DNA of 64,000 nucleotides from Bacteriovoracia bacterium (GTDB taxonomy: Bacteria; Bdellovibrionota; UBA1018; CAIPTA01). The translations under genes and the position numbers were made by a program. The stretch is taken from positions 288,001 through 352,000 of the forward strand of contig JBFWVL010000002.1 of assembly GCA_050246755.1 (NCBI GenBank). Reading direction: 5' to 3'. The notes below the pieces were generated by a model, which saw only the letters and a list, made by a program, of their open reading frames with translations, was not told where the DNA came from and searched no databases. Shown piece after piece: positions 30,605-39,126 of this stretch (positions are counted from its first letter, which is position 1; each line of letters begins with the position of its first letter).

Positions 30605-31756
30605 ATGACTAAAAAATTCCGGATTTTCCTGATTTTTGCCTCGGCTATAGGGCTCATGGCCAGCGCCCAGGCGGCCGAGCGTTCTTTTCTGCCGCGGGTC
30701 ACCGGCCTCAAGTTCCCTAATTCTGCAATGGAAGGCGCGCTTCCCGTTTCGGCCAGCGCGCTTATTCTGGATAAAGGTGAAAAATACTCCGGGTATACTG
30801 ATCTTTTGCCTTACGTATTGCTCTCGCCAGACCAAGAAGAGGCCGGAAGCTGCCTTTATATGACGTTAACGGGCATTGCCGAATGGAACCTGGCCCGCCT
30901 GCACCCTACGCTTTCCCGGGAACCCGAAGGGCCGCTAGATTTGAGCGAGCGTCACCTCATGAATATTGCGGGTGAAGCAGAAGAAAAGAACGGCGCGGCG
31001 AATTGGAAAACAGACTCTGTTTATTTGCTCAACGGAGCTCGAGGTTTATTCCGCAATGCTGACTACCGCTTCACGAAGGGGTGGTATAAATCCGGCGCCG
31101 ACGACGAAGCCGTGAAGGCGGTGGCCGGAGAGCCTGGCGCCGAATACGATGCCGGCTATAACTGGCTTGACGAACGCCCCACCGGCGCTTCTTTGGTGAG
31201 CCTGCCTAACTTTCACCGGGAAGTGCTATTCGCCGACCCTGAATCCAACCAGTGGAATACGGCCGTGATGCCGGCGGACATCGTGGACCGGATCAAAGCC
31301 GCTTTGCTCGAGAAAAAATCCCCGGTGCAGATCATCTATAACCACTTCGGTTACTGGCACTCGAATTTTATCGTGGGATTCGACGACGCGAAGCTAAATG
31401 ACAATTGTAGATTCGTGCGTGATTTTCTTGCGTACATGCAAGCGAGACCGGCGGAGCTACGCAAAGAAGCGGAAAATGAGGCGGATCCAAAGGAAAAGGC
31501 GCAACTACTGGCCAAAGCGCTGCGGGCCGAAAACGCCCACCGGCGCACTCGGGCCGCCTACGAAAAAGACGGCTGCCAGGGGAAAGGCGTATTCTATGTG
31601 CGCGACTCTATCTATCCCGATACCGAGGGACCGGTCTACGACTACGATCCCTCAACGAAGGGCGACGAGGGGTTCTATTCTAAGAAAATCGTGTTGCTCG
31701 AGTACGAATGGGTTCGTTATATGGGCAATCACGCCATTCAGATCCTAGCGGACTAG
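30605..31756 (+). CDS. Secreted papain-like (C1-type) cysteine peptidase homologue
   Basis: Signal peptide; DQEEAGSC (oxyanion Gln and catalytic Cys), DLSERH, WHSNFIVGFDD, YVRDS. Confidence 0.72.
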   Translation: MTKKFRIFLIFASAIGLMASAQAAERSFLPRVTGLKFPNSAMEGALPVSASALILDKGEKYSGYTDLLPYVLLSPDQEEAGSCLYMTLTGIAEWNLARLHPTLSREPEGPLDLSERHLMNIAGEAEEKNGAANWKTDSVYLLNGARGLFRNADYRFTKGWYKSGADDEAVKAVAGEPGAEYDAGYNWLDERPTGASLVSLPNFHREVLFADPESNQWNTAVMPADIVDRIKAALLEKKSPVQIIYNHFGYWHSNFIVGFDDAKLNDNCRFVRDFLAYMQARPAELRKEAENEADPKEKAQLLAKALRAENAHRRTRAAYEKDGCQGKGVFYVRDSIYPDTEGPVYDYDPSTKGDEGFYSKKIVLLEYEWVRYMGNHAIQILAD

Positions 31757-31790
31757 GGTGCGTACCCGGTAGCGGTACCTCGTCTTTCTC

Positions 31791-31818
31791 TCAAATAAGC
31801 GCGGTCAATTGCCGATAA
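31791..31818 (+). promoter_or_regulatory. Putative sigma28 promoter, leaderless
   Basis: TCAAA-N15-GCCGATAA, then 6 nt to GTG 31825. Confidence 0.65.
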
Positions 31819-31824
31819 AATATA

Positions 31825-32667
31825 GTGATTTATCGTCTGTTATTACTCGCCGCTTTCGCCATCTCTCCCGCTCTAGCGGCGGACCCACTTTGCGCAAAAG
31901 ATTTTAGCGCGATCATCAACAATACCAGCGAAGAGTTTTTGGCCAGAAGAATGGAACGTATTGTTCTAGAAGAAATTCCCGACAGCTACAAAATGGTGGA
32001 ACGCCTTAGCCCGGAACGAATTGAGCTATGGAATAAAACGCTGCTAAAAGAATTGAGAGATCTTCCGATGACCGGCGAAGAGCGCGGGCGCAGCAGTGGC
32101 CTTTCGCTTCCCGAAATTCATGCCTTATACAAGCGCGTGGCCACCAACCGGGTTGCCGACTACTCAAAGCCCGTTATGGATAAATACGATCCGGATGGAA
32201 AAATCGGATTTTGTTTTGGCCGTGCTTCCGCCGCCCACTGGATCGCCCTGCAAACCACCGACATCGCCAAAGAAAATATTAAAAAAATATGGGCCATCGG
32301 CACCATGAAGTACAACCAGGTATACTGGGCCCATCACGTGGCTTCGATCGTGAGAGATAAAAATGGGGTCTGGCATTCGCTAGATCCGGAATATGGGCGT
32401 CCGCTTCGCTTGCCCGTCTGGTACCAGAAGGTGAAGGCCATGGATGCCGATGGTCGGCTGCAATTATTTGTGACTCCGGCGAAACGCTTCGGGCCAGGCA
32501 GCAAAAATACTTATAATACCGTGAATAGGGATAATACCGACGTGGACCTCACGATCCCATTTTACAATAACTACTTCACCGATCTGCTGCAGACTACGCG
32601 GGAAGAAGCCGCCGAAATACGAAGAATGCGAGAGGCGTCTGGTGTTGCGCGTAAAATGAATCCTTAG
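31825..32667 (+). CDS. Secreted protein-glutaminase/transglutaminase-like Cys-His-Asp enzyme
   Basis: Signal peptide ending ALA; GFCFGRA, WAHHVA, SLDP resemble the protein-glutaminase GCxARA/WxxHVA/IDP motifs. Confidence 0.62.
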   Translation: MIYRLLLLAAFAISPALAADPLCAKDFSAIINNTSEEFLARRMERIVLEEIPDSYKMVERLSPERIELWNKTLLKELRDLPMTGEERGRSSGLSLPEIHALYKRVATNRVADYSKPVMDKYDPDGKIGFCFGRASAAHWIALQTTDIAKENIKKIWAIGTMKYNQVYWAHHVASIVRDKNGVWHSLDPEYGRPLRLPVWYQKVKAMDADGRLQLFVTPAKRFGPGSKNTYNTVNRDNTDVDLTIPFYNNYFTDLLQTTREEAAEIRRMREASGVARKMNP

Positions 32668-32670
32668 GTT

Positions 32671-32698
32671 CTTGACAGAAAGTAAACTCGTCCCATCT
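32671..32698 (+). promoter_or_regulatory. Sigma32 (RpoH) heat-shock promoter
   Basis: CTTGACA-N13-TCCCATCT upstream of hsp20. Confidence 0.7.
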
Positions 32699-32780
32699 TT
32701 AAATCTGTAAGACGGCCGTCTTGTGAAACGAAAACCTGCCCGAATTGGGCAATTTTATCATTCCGCAGGAGGAATTTATC

Positions 32781-33188
32781 ATGCGTAGAACTTCCGTATT
32801 TTTTCCTAATTTTACCTTGGGCCTGGAACCTTTTGAGAGGGAGAGCGTGCGCACCCCGCCCAGTCTGGTGCAAGAAAACGCCGAAGGATATTATTTGCAG
32901 GTAGACGTGCCAGGAATCGCGCGCGAGGACATATCCATTTCTTTGGAGCAGGATCATTTGATTCTAGAGGGAAAGAGAAAAGGCCAGCTCTCCCAGAAGA
33001 TCCGCAAGGCATTTTTGCTGCCTAACGACGTGGACGCCGAAAAAATTGAAGCCGAAGTGGCAAATGGCGTCCTAGAGCTCTTGCTTCCCAAAAAAGCCCA
33101 GGCAAAGCCGAAAACTATTTCGGTAAGCGAAGGAAAGGGGGGCATTTTCCACAAGCTACTGAAAAAAGAAGAAAAGGAAAGTGCCTAA
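32781..33188 (+). CDS. Hsp20/alpha-crystallin small heat-shock protein
   Basis: VDVPG, LPNDVDAEKIEAEVANGVLELLLPK; AGGAGG RBS. Confidence 0.92.
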   Translation: MRRTSVFFPNFTLGLEPFERESVRTPPSLVQENAEGYYLQVDVPGIAREDISISLEQDHLILEGKRKGQLSQKIRKAFLLPNDVDAEKIEAEVANGVLELLLPKKAQAKPKTISVSEGKGGIFHKLLKKEEKESA

Positions 33189-33221
33189 GAATTAGTAGCG
33201 AAAGCTAGGCGGCCCTGCCGC

Positions 33222-34442
33222 TTAGCTTTTTTTATTTTTGGCTTCGATCCAGCGGGAAAAATACTTCGTGGCATTATTTTGGGCGTGCCGGAGCAGGGCG
33301 CCGGTAATGCCCACGCGGCCATTTTGCCGAATCGCGGAAGCCCTTGCTTCGATAAAAGCCAAGAATTTTTCTCTCAATATATTTTCCGCGAAATCGCGGC
33401 GGAGAACGGAAAATCCGTTTCGCTGAAAATCGCTCCATGCCTCGCCAAGCCCCGCCGCTTGGATAAAGCCGTCGGCGTCTTGAAAGGATACTCCCGCCTT
33501 ATCCTCAGGCTTGCACATTCCTTCGAACGCGAGGGGAGTGCCGATCACCGGGGTTCCCGTGCCCCATGCTTCCAAAATTTTTCCCTTAATGCCGGCGCCA
33601 AACCGTAGGGGCGCTACCAGGGCTTCGTGTTTTTTCAAGGCGGCCCGGTGATCCGCTACCGGGCCATGGGCATGAATGCCATTTTTTCCCGCATGAAAAG
33701 AAATATGGGCGGGCGGATAAGCGCCGTACAAATGAAGCTCGGCGGTCTTATTCAAAGCGCGCCATCGCGGCCAAATTTCGGCGATGAACCATAAGATCCC
33801 ATCCAGGTTGGGCGCGTGGCGAAAATTTCCGAGAAATGCGAACCCTTGCCGGCCTTCTCTAGGGAATGGTGATTCATCCGGGCGCCCCATGAGCGGTAAG
33901 TGGAGCAGGTTCTCGGCCGGGAACTGAAAGCGTGCCCTCAGGAAATCGGCCTCCCAGGAGGAAACCACGATCGCCCCGTCGGCGCGATGAAGAGAGGAAA
34001 GCTCACGGACCATGTCGTCGCTGAGCCCTAGATTCGGCAGGCGCAAAATCTCCTCGGGGCTCGCATTTTTTTTCAGGAGAGCCTCGCGCGCGCGGCGCAC
34101 GGAATGCAAGTCTTGCGTATCGACCAGCACCAAGGCATTCGGCCAAAATTCCCGGGCCTTCCAGCCGAATTGCTCTTCCATCACGAAGCGATCGAAGAGA
34201 ACCAAAGCGGGAGCGAGTGCGCGAAGAAATTCATCTTGGCTCGCCTCATTCGCGGCGCAGGTGGACACCGCGATGCCCATCTTTTCGAGCTCCTCACTAT
34301 ACTGACTCGGCTTCGACGAGCTCACGGCGGTGATCTTCCATCCATCGCTCAATAGCCAGCGCAGGAGATCGTGGGTTCTCACTCCCGCCGCGCTGGAGCG
34401 TGCTTCCGGCCAGACGTAGACGAAGAAAACGGCGCTTTTCAT
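33222..34442 (-). CDS. GT4-like glycosyltransferase
   Basis: VWPEARSSAAG, FDRFVMEEQFG, GNFRHAPN, APLRFGAGIKGKI; ATGA overlap with the SMR gene. Confidence 0.88.
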   Translation of the reverse strand: MKSAVFFVYVWPEARSSAAGVRTHDLLRWLLSDGWKITAVSSSKPSQYSEELEKMGIAVSTCAANEASQDEFLRALAPALVLFDRFVMEEQFGWKAREFWPNALVLVDTQDLHSVRRAREALLKKNASPEEILRLPNLGLSDDMVRELSSLHRADGAIVVSSWEADFLRARFQFPAENLLHLPLMGRPDESPFPREGRQGFAFLGNFRHAPNLDGILWFIAEIWPRWRALNKTAELHLYGAYPPAHISFHAGKNGIHAHGPVADHRAALKKHEALVAPLRFGAGIKGKILEAWGTGTPVIGTPLAFEGMCKPEDKAGVSFQDADGFIQAAGLGEAWSDFQRNGFSVLRRDFAENILREKFLAFIEARASAIRQNGRVGITGALLRHAQNNATKYFSRWIEAKNKKS

Positions 34443-34762
34443 CCGTGGCCGAGCTTCAGGCCGAGGGTGCCAAGAAGAATTAGGGCAATGCAAAGAAGGC
34501 GAAACCAGTTGCTTGGCTCACCGGCAAAGAAAATCCCGAAAAGCACGGTGCCCGCGGCGCCAATTCCGGTCCATATGGCGTAAGAAGTACCGATTGGCAG
34601 AACTCGCACGGCCTCGCTCAGGAGATAAAAGCTGACTACTAGGGGAACTAAAGTAATGATCGTGGGAACTAGCTTCGTGAACCCGGCGGTTCGCGGAAGT
34701 AAAACGGCCCACATAACTTCGAGGAGGCCGGCTAGTAAAAGGCATACCCAGGGTCGCGTCAT
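34439..34762 (-). CDS. sugE: SMR-family efflux transporter (SugE/Gdx-like)
   Basis: Four TM helices, AGLLEVMW, LPIGTSYAIWTGIG. Confidence 0.85.
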   Translation of the reverse strand: MTRPWVCLLLAGLLEVMWAVLLPRTAGFTKLVPTIITLVPLVVSFYLLSEAVRVLPIGTSYAIWTGIGAAGTVLFGIFFAGEPSNWFRLLCIALILLGTLGLKLGHG

Positions 34763-34782
34763 TCCCGGAAATTAGCACAGAA

Positions 34783-37700
34783 CTAAGGCTTTTTCAGGGC
34801 CTCTTGCACCATGTCGGACACTTTCTTCATGCGTTCCGAAAAATCCGGAATCTGTTCACCGGCCAAGCGAGGCCGGATGATTTGATCCCGTAAATAAGCT
34901 TCCGCAGACTTTCCGGCGGGCTTTTCCCGCACTTCGTTCCAGGTATAGGTTTTATAGCCGGCAAATACCCGGCCCGCGAAGCGCACGAGCATATTACTGG
35001 ATTTGGCGTCGATGCTTTGCTGGATTTTTCCCTGCACGATGAGATCGCCGAATTCTGGAGACTCGATGAGACTATTCATCACTTTGCCTTCGAGCATCGT
35101 CATGGCGGCGGTCACCTTCGGATCAGACATGCCTTTGCCTTCGAGGAGCATCGGCTTCAGCATCTTTTCGGTAATAATGGGGCGGAGCTCGGCCAGAATT
35201 TGCGGCGTAATGGCTTTTTCCACGGTTGCCTTATCCATTAGCTTTTTCTCGAGATCGGGAGGCATGCGGTCCTCGGCGGGAAGCGCAGCTAGGCTTTCCG
35301 CTATTCGTGCACGCACCATGGATTTCAGCAGGCGATCAATCATTCCGCGATCGATGAGGAGCTTCAGCAGTTTTTCCCGCGCGGCCACCGGACCCGCCGA
35401 CTCTAAATCTTTTACCAGCTGCTTGATCACCACTTCGTAGTCGGCACCGGCTTGGTCCACGTCGTAATTGATAAATTCACCGATCATTTTGGCGAAGTCT
35501 TCGAGAAAGCTGGCGGGATCCAGGGCCACGATGGCGCTTTCGATTGGTGTGGGAGGCAGGAGATCGCCGAGGCAGGGGATCGCCACGGCGAGATCGTGGT
35601 TAAGCTGGGCTTCGGAGCCTTGCTTTTGGCCCTGCATTTCGCTCACGAACTCGCTCTGCATCAGGCTAACTAGCTCTTCTTCTAGTTTTTTCGAACACTG
35701 ATCGATGCTAGCAAGGAATTTTCCGTCGAGCGGGGCCAGGTATTCGGCGTCCACGCATTTTACGAATTCTTTTTCGGCGCTCTCGGCCGCGGGCAGACTC
35801 GCCAGATAACGTTTCTTGCCCAGCACATCGGCTAGCGACTGGCGCATTTTCACGCCCGCCAGGAACTTGGCAAGCGAACGCGCATAGTTCTTAGCGCAAG
35901 TATCGGAAATTTTCCCTACTTGGCCCATGCATTCCCGGAATTTCTCCTCGATGGCATCGAGCTCTTTAGGAAGCTTGCCGGTATTCAATATTTTCTTCGC
36001 TCTTTCTCGCCCAGCTTCGAGGGCAATCAGTTGCGTGGCTTCTCTCTGCAGGGTGTTCACGCAGCGGTCCATGCCTGAAGTATCTTCTGCGGGAATTTCG
36101 GATACGCACACGACGAAGGGATCCATTAAGTTTTTTTCTAAACTATCTTGTTTGCTGAGCTCTGCCGGAGTGGAAGAGGGCAGGTTTGTGCGCAGCGCTT
36201 CTTTCAGCTGCGCCTGGGCTACCCGTTGGGTGTAGATGGTCGTCAATCGAATGCGGCATGTGTCTACCTGACTGAGATAATCGCGCAGGGAAAACTGGCT
36301 AGAATCTTTTTCGCTCAGGCAAGCGCCGAAATCGGCTACCATTTCATCGGCCGCCTGCGCCCATTTTGTCCGCTCTTCGGGAGCGTAAGACCCCACGCTG
36401 CGGATAAACTCCATCCTTCCCAGGCGCCCGCTCAGCGCTTTGATGGTTCCTTTGAAACAGGTGTCCACCAAGGTATCGGCAAGCTTGGAATCTTTGGGGG
36501 TAGGGCTAACGGCTAGGCACTTTCGGTGAGTCTTCAAGATAGAATCCAGGAGCTCTTGGCGCTCCTCGGCTTGGAGATTATAGGCGCCGGCGCCGCCGTG
36601 GTTTTCTACGAAACGGTCGAATTCATTTGGGATCAAAGCCTCCGCGGCGGCTTTTCCCGCATCCAGGCGCAGCGCAATGGAGCAGGTATCGAGCACGGAC
36701 TTTACGGGAGCAGCGCCGAGGCATTTTGCAAAATCGCCCTTGATGATCTTGGCCACGAGATCGTCGATCACCTTAGGGTTGGAGCGGCCAAAAAGAATAT
36801 CGCGGAACTGAAATTCCGCCACTTTGAGCCCGGCGTCGCGAGTAAGGCGTCCCGTACATCCCGCCACGCGCTCGTTGGTATCGTTAGCTTCCATCATGTT
36901 GGTGGGAAGCCGGCTTTCCATACAAGAACGCAGCTGGGCAAGGAGAGTGTCCTTAAATTTCGGTTCTTTCGCAATGAGCGCCGCGGGAAGCTCCTTAGAC
37001 AGCTGAGGATCGGCAATCGTGCTAACTAGCTGCTGCACAGTTTTCCTCAGGCAGGCATTGTTCACGGATTCACCGGCGGAGCTATTCCAGCAAGTATCGA
37101 GCAACTTATAGATTTTTGCCCCGAGCAGGTTTTTTTCTTCCCCGGTGCCATCCACGTTCGCGGCGATATTATCCTTGAATAGTTCATAAGCTACTACTTT
37201 GGCGGCGTCGTAGCGCACGAGGTTGGCGCAATTGGAAGTATCCAGGGTGCCGGCCGCGTTTCGCTTGCCGGTGACCCGGTTATTTTCCATGCAAGTAGCG
37301 AAATTCGATTTCGTGCGGGCGACCAGGGCCTCAAGATTTTTTCCAGAAATTTGCTTTACCACCTGAGGATTTCTACGCACCGCTTCGGCGGCGATCTCGG
37401 CTCCGGCGGCAATGGCAAAATAATCGGCGCAGACGCTGAAGTCGGATTTGGAGCGGGCGGTGGACAAGCATTTCTCGAAAGCGGGCCCAGTGTTTTGGAC
37501 GATTTTAGCCGCCGCTTCCGGAACTTCGCTTTTAGCGATGGCGAGAACTTTATCTTTACCGTAGACGGCGATGCTGCTCCTCACGTTGGTGAGAACGCAG
37601 CCCATCATGCGTTTATTGGAACCGGGCTTTTCGGGCTGCAAGCACTGCACATACCGCACCGGAAAATCTTTGGCTAGATCGGGGCCGAGCTCTTGGCGAA

Positions 37701-38298
37701 TGAGCTCGTAGCCGATGGCTTGGCCCAAGTTGCCGGCGATATCGGCCTGAAAAACTTCCAGGCATTTGGTGGCCTCGGAATATGCCTTGGCGGCTTTGAT
37801 GCAAGCATTGATGGGCGCCAAAACCTTATTTGCCCAGAGGAGACGGCGGGCGGGATCCCGTGCGCCTTCTTTTTGCATCACGCGCTCCATTACCGTGCGG
37901 ATGATTTCATTGGCGGCATACTGCGTGGAGAGAATCAGGGTCGTGTTCGAAGTTCCGGCGACGAGAAATTTTTTATTCACGTCGTTCGCGATACGCTTGG
38001 CGATAAGCTTGCGTTCTTTGGGGTCGGCGAAATACTTTGCCATCTCGGGATCTTCGAGCTTGGCTAACGCCTCGGCCTCTACCTTAGCGGGAACATCCAC
38101 GATGGCGCCGGCGAGCACGCCACCCACGGAGGAAACGAATTCGGTTAAGCCACGGTTCGTTTCCTTTTTTGGATCATAGCTTTGCGTGGCGATGAGACGA
38201 ACGGAGGCGAGCTCATCGGCGGCGAGCGCCGGGCAAATAGCCAGCCACAGCGCTGCGAGCGCGCTCGAGGAAATGGTTATTAGCCGGCTGACTTTCAG
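34783..38298 (-). CDS. Large secreted Cys-pair helical-repeat protein (1171 aa), probable CTG start
   Basis: Frame stays open upstream of 38127 until a stop at 38314-38316; GGAG-N5-CTG gives signal peptide MKVSRLITISSSALAALWLAICPALA|AD; 12 Cys-pair repeats. Confidence 0.75.
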   Translation of the reverse strand: MKVSRLITISSSALAALWLAICPALAADELASVRLIATQSYDPKKETNRGLTEFVSSVGGVLAGAIVDVPAKVEAEALAKLEDPEMAKYFADPKERKLIAKRIANDVNKKFLVAGTSNTTLILSTQYAANEIIRTVMERVMQKEGARDPARRLLWANKVLAPINACIKAAKAYSEATKCLEVFQADIAGNLGQAIGYELIRQELGPDLAKDFPVRYVQCLQPEKPGSNKRMMGCVLTNVRSSIAVYGKDKVLAIAKSEVPEAAAKIVQNTGPAFEKCLSTARSKSDFSVCADYFAIAAGAEIAAEAVRRNPQVVKQISGKNLEALVARTKSNFATCMENNRVTGKRNAAGTLDTSNCANLVRYDAAKVVAYELFKDNIAANVDGTGEEKNLLGAKIYKLLDTCWNSSAGESVNNACLRKTVQQLVSTIADPQLSKELPAALIAKEPKFKDTLLAQLRSCMESRLPTNMMEANDTNERVAGCTGRLTRDAGLKVAEFQFRDILFGRSNPKVIDDLVAKIIKGDFAKCLGAAPVKSVLDTCSIALRLDAGKAAAEALIPNEFDRFVENHGGAGAYNLQAEERQELLDSILKTHRKCLAVSPTPKDSKLADTLVDTCFKGTIKALSGRLGRMEFIRSVGSYAPEERTKWAQAADEMVADFGACLSEKDSSQFSLRDYLSQVDTCRIRLTTIYTQRVAQAQLKEALRTNLPSSTPAELSKQDSLEKNLMDPFVVCVSEIPAEDTSGMDRCVNTLQREATQLIALEAGRERAKKILNTGKLPKELDAIEEKFRECMGQVGKISDTCAKNYARSLAKFLAGVKMRQSLADVLGKKRYLASLPAAESAEKEFVKCVDAEYLAPLDGKFLASIDQCSKKLEEELVSLMQSEFVSEMQGQKQGSEAQLNHDLAVAIPCLGDLLPPTPIESAIVALDPASFLEDFAKMIGEFINYDVDQAGADYEVVIKQLVKDLESAGPVAAREKLLKLLIDRGMIDRLLKSMVRARIAESLAALPAEDRMPPDLEKKLMDKATVEKAITPQILAELRPIITEKMLKPMLLEGKGMSDPKVTAAMTMLEGKVMNSLIESPEFGDLIVQGKIQQSIDAKSSNMLVRFAGRVFAGYKTYTWNEVREKPAGKSAEAYLRDQIIRPRLAGEQIPDFSERMKKVSDMVQEALKKP

Positions 38299-38328
38299 GT
38301 GAACTCCGATCTTCTATTTGCTCTAAGA

Positions 38329-38356
38329 AAATCGGAAAAAAAGGCTATTTTCTGAA
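38329..38356 (-). promoter_or_regulatory. Putative sigma28 promoter
   Basis: TTCAG-N15-TCCGATTT, 30 nt upstream of the CTG start. Confidence 0.5.
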
Positions 38357-38440
38357 GGGAAATTGCCTATTTAGCAGATAAATAAATAACCGGCGGGCGC
38401 AAAAAATCAGAGCCGATACCTGCTGGCGGGTAGATGAGAG

Positions 38441-39091
38441 CTAAAGCTTTTTAATCATGTCGTCGCGGGAGAATCTCACCTTCTTAAAGGTAGAAAATCG
38501 ATCCTCGGGGTTCCGGTAGCCTAAAGCGCAAGCCACGGTAGCGGTAAATCCTTTCGCCGGCAACTCGAGGATTTCATCGTATTTCGCCGGCTCGAAGCCT
38601 TCCATGGGGCAGGTATCGATGCTCATCACGGCCGCGGAGGTCATCAAATTCCCAAGCGCGATATAAACCTGGCGAGCGGCCCACTCTCGCACGTAGCGGC
38701 TTCTTTCCCCGTGAACCACGTCGCCCAGAATTCCTTTTTTAAGGCCAGCTAAGGTATCGAGCGGAACCTGCCGGATCGCCGCCATCTCCGTTAAATAGCG
38801 ATCCACGTACGCCTCATCGATCCCAACTTTTTGCGCAAAAATCACATAGTGGGAGCATTCCGCCACCTGCCGCTGGTTCCAAGAAGCTGCCCGTAATTTT
38901 TCGCGGAGCGCGAGATCTTCCACCACAAAAAAACACCAAGGTTGGAGCCCATAGGAAGAGGCGGTCAAAACCAGCGAGGCCTCGAGGGCCGCAATCGCTT
39001 CCGGAGGAACTTTACGCGTGGGATCGAAAGATTTGGCGGAATAACGCCATTCCATCGCTTCCACTAACTGTTGGGGAGAAAGGGTGGTCAT
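38441..39091 (-). CDS. NfsB-like NAD(P)H nitroreductase
   Basis: WRYSAKSFD, ASSYGLQPW, IDTCPMEGF, ALGYR, KKVRF. Confidence 0.92.
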   Translation of the reverse strand: MTTLSPQQLVEAMEWRYSAKSFDPTRKVPPEAIAALEASLVLTASSYGLQPWCFFVVEDLALREKLRAASWNQRQVAECSHYVIFAQKVGIDEAYVDRYLTEMAAIRQVPLDTLAGLKKGILGDVVHGERSRYVREWAARQVYIALGNLMTSAAVMSIDTCPMEGFEPAKYDEILELPAKGFTATVACALGYRNPEDRFSTFKKVRFSRDDMIKKL

Positions 39092-39126
39092 GCACCAAGA
39101 CTACAAAATATCGGCCGGGCCGGCAA

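Noticed and set aside
34763-34782. Guanidine riboswitch before the SMR gene
   Set aside because: Only 20 nt of intergenic space, with no ykkC-type or ACGR hairpin pattern.
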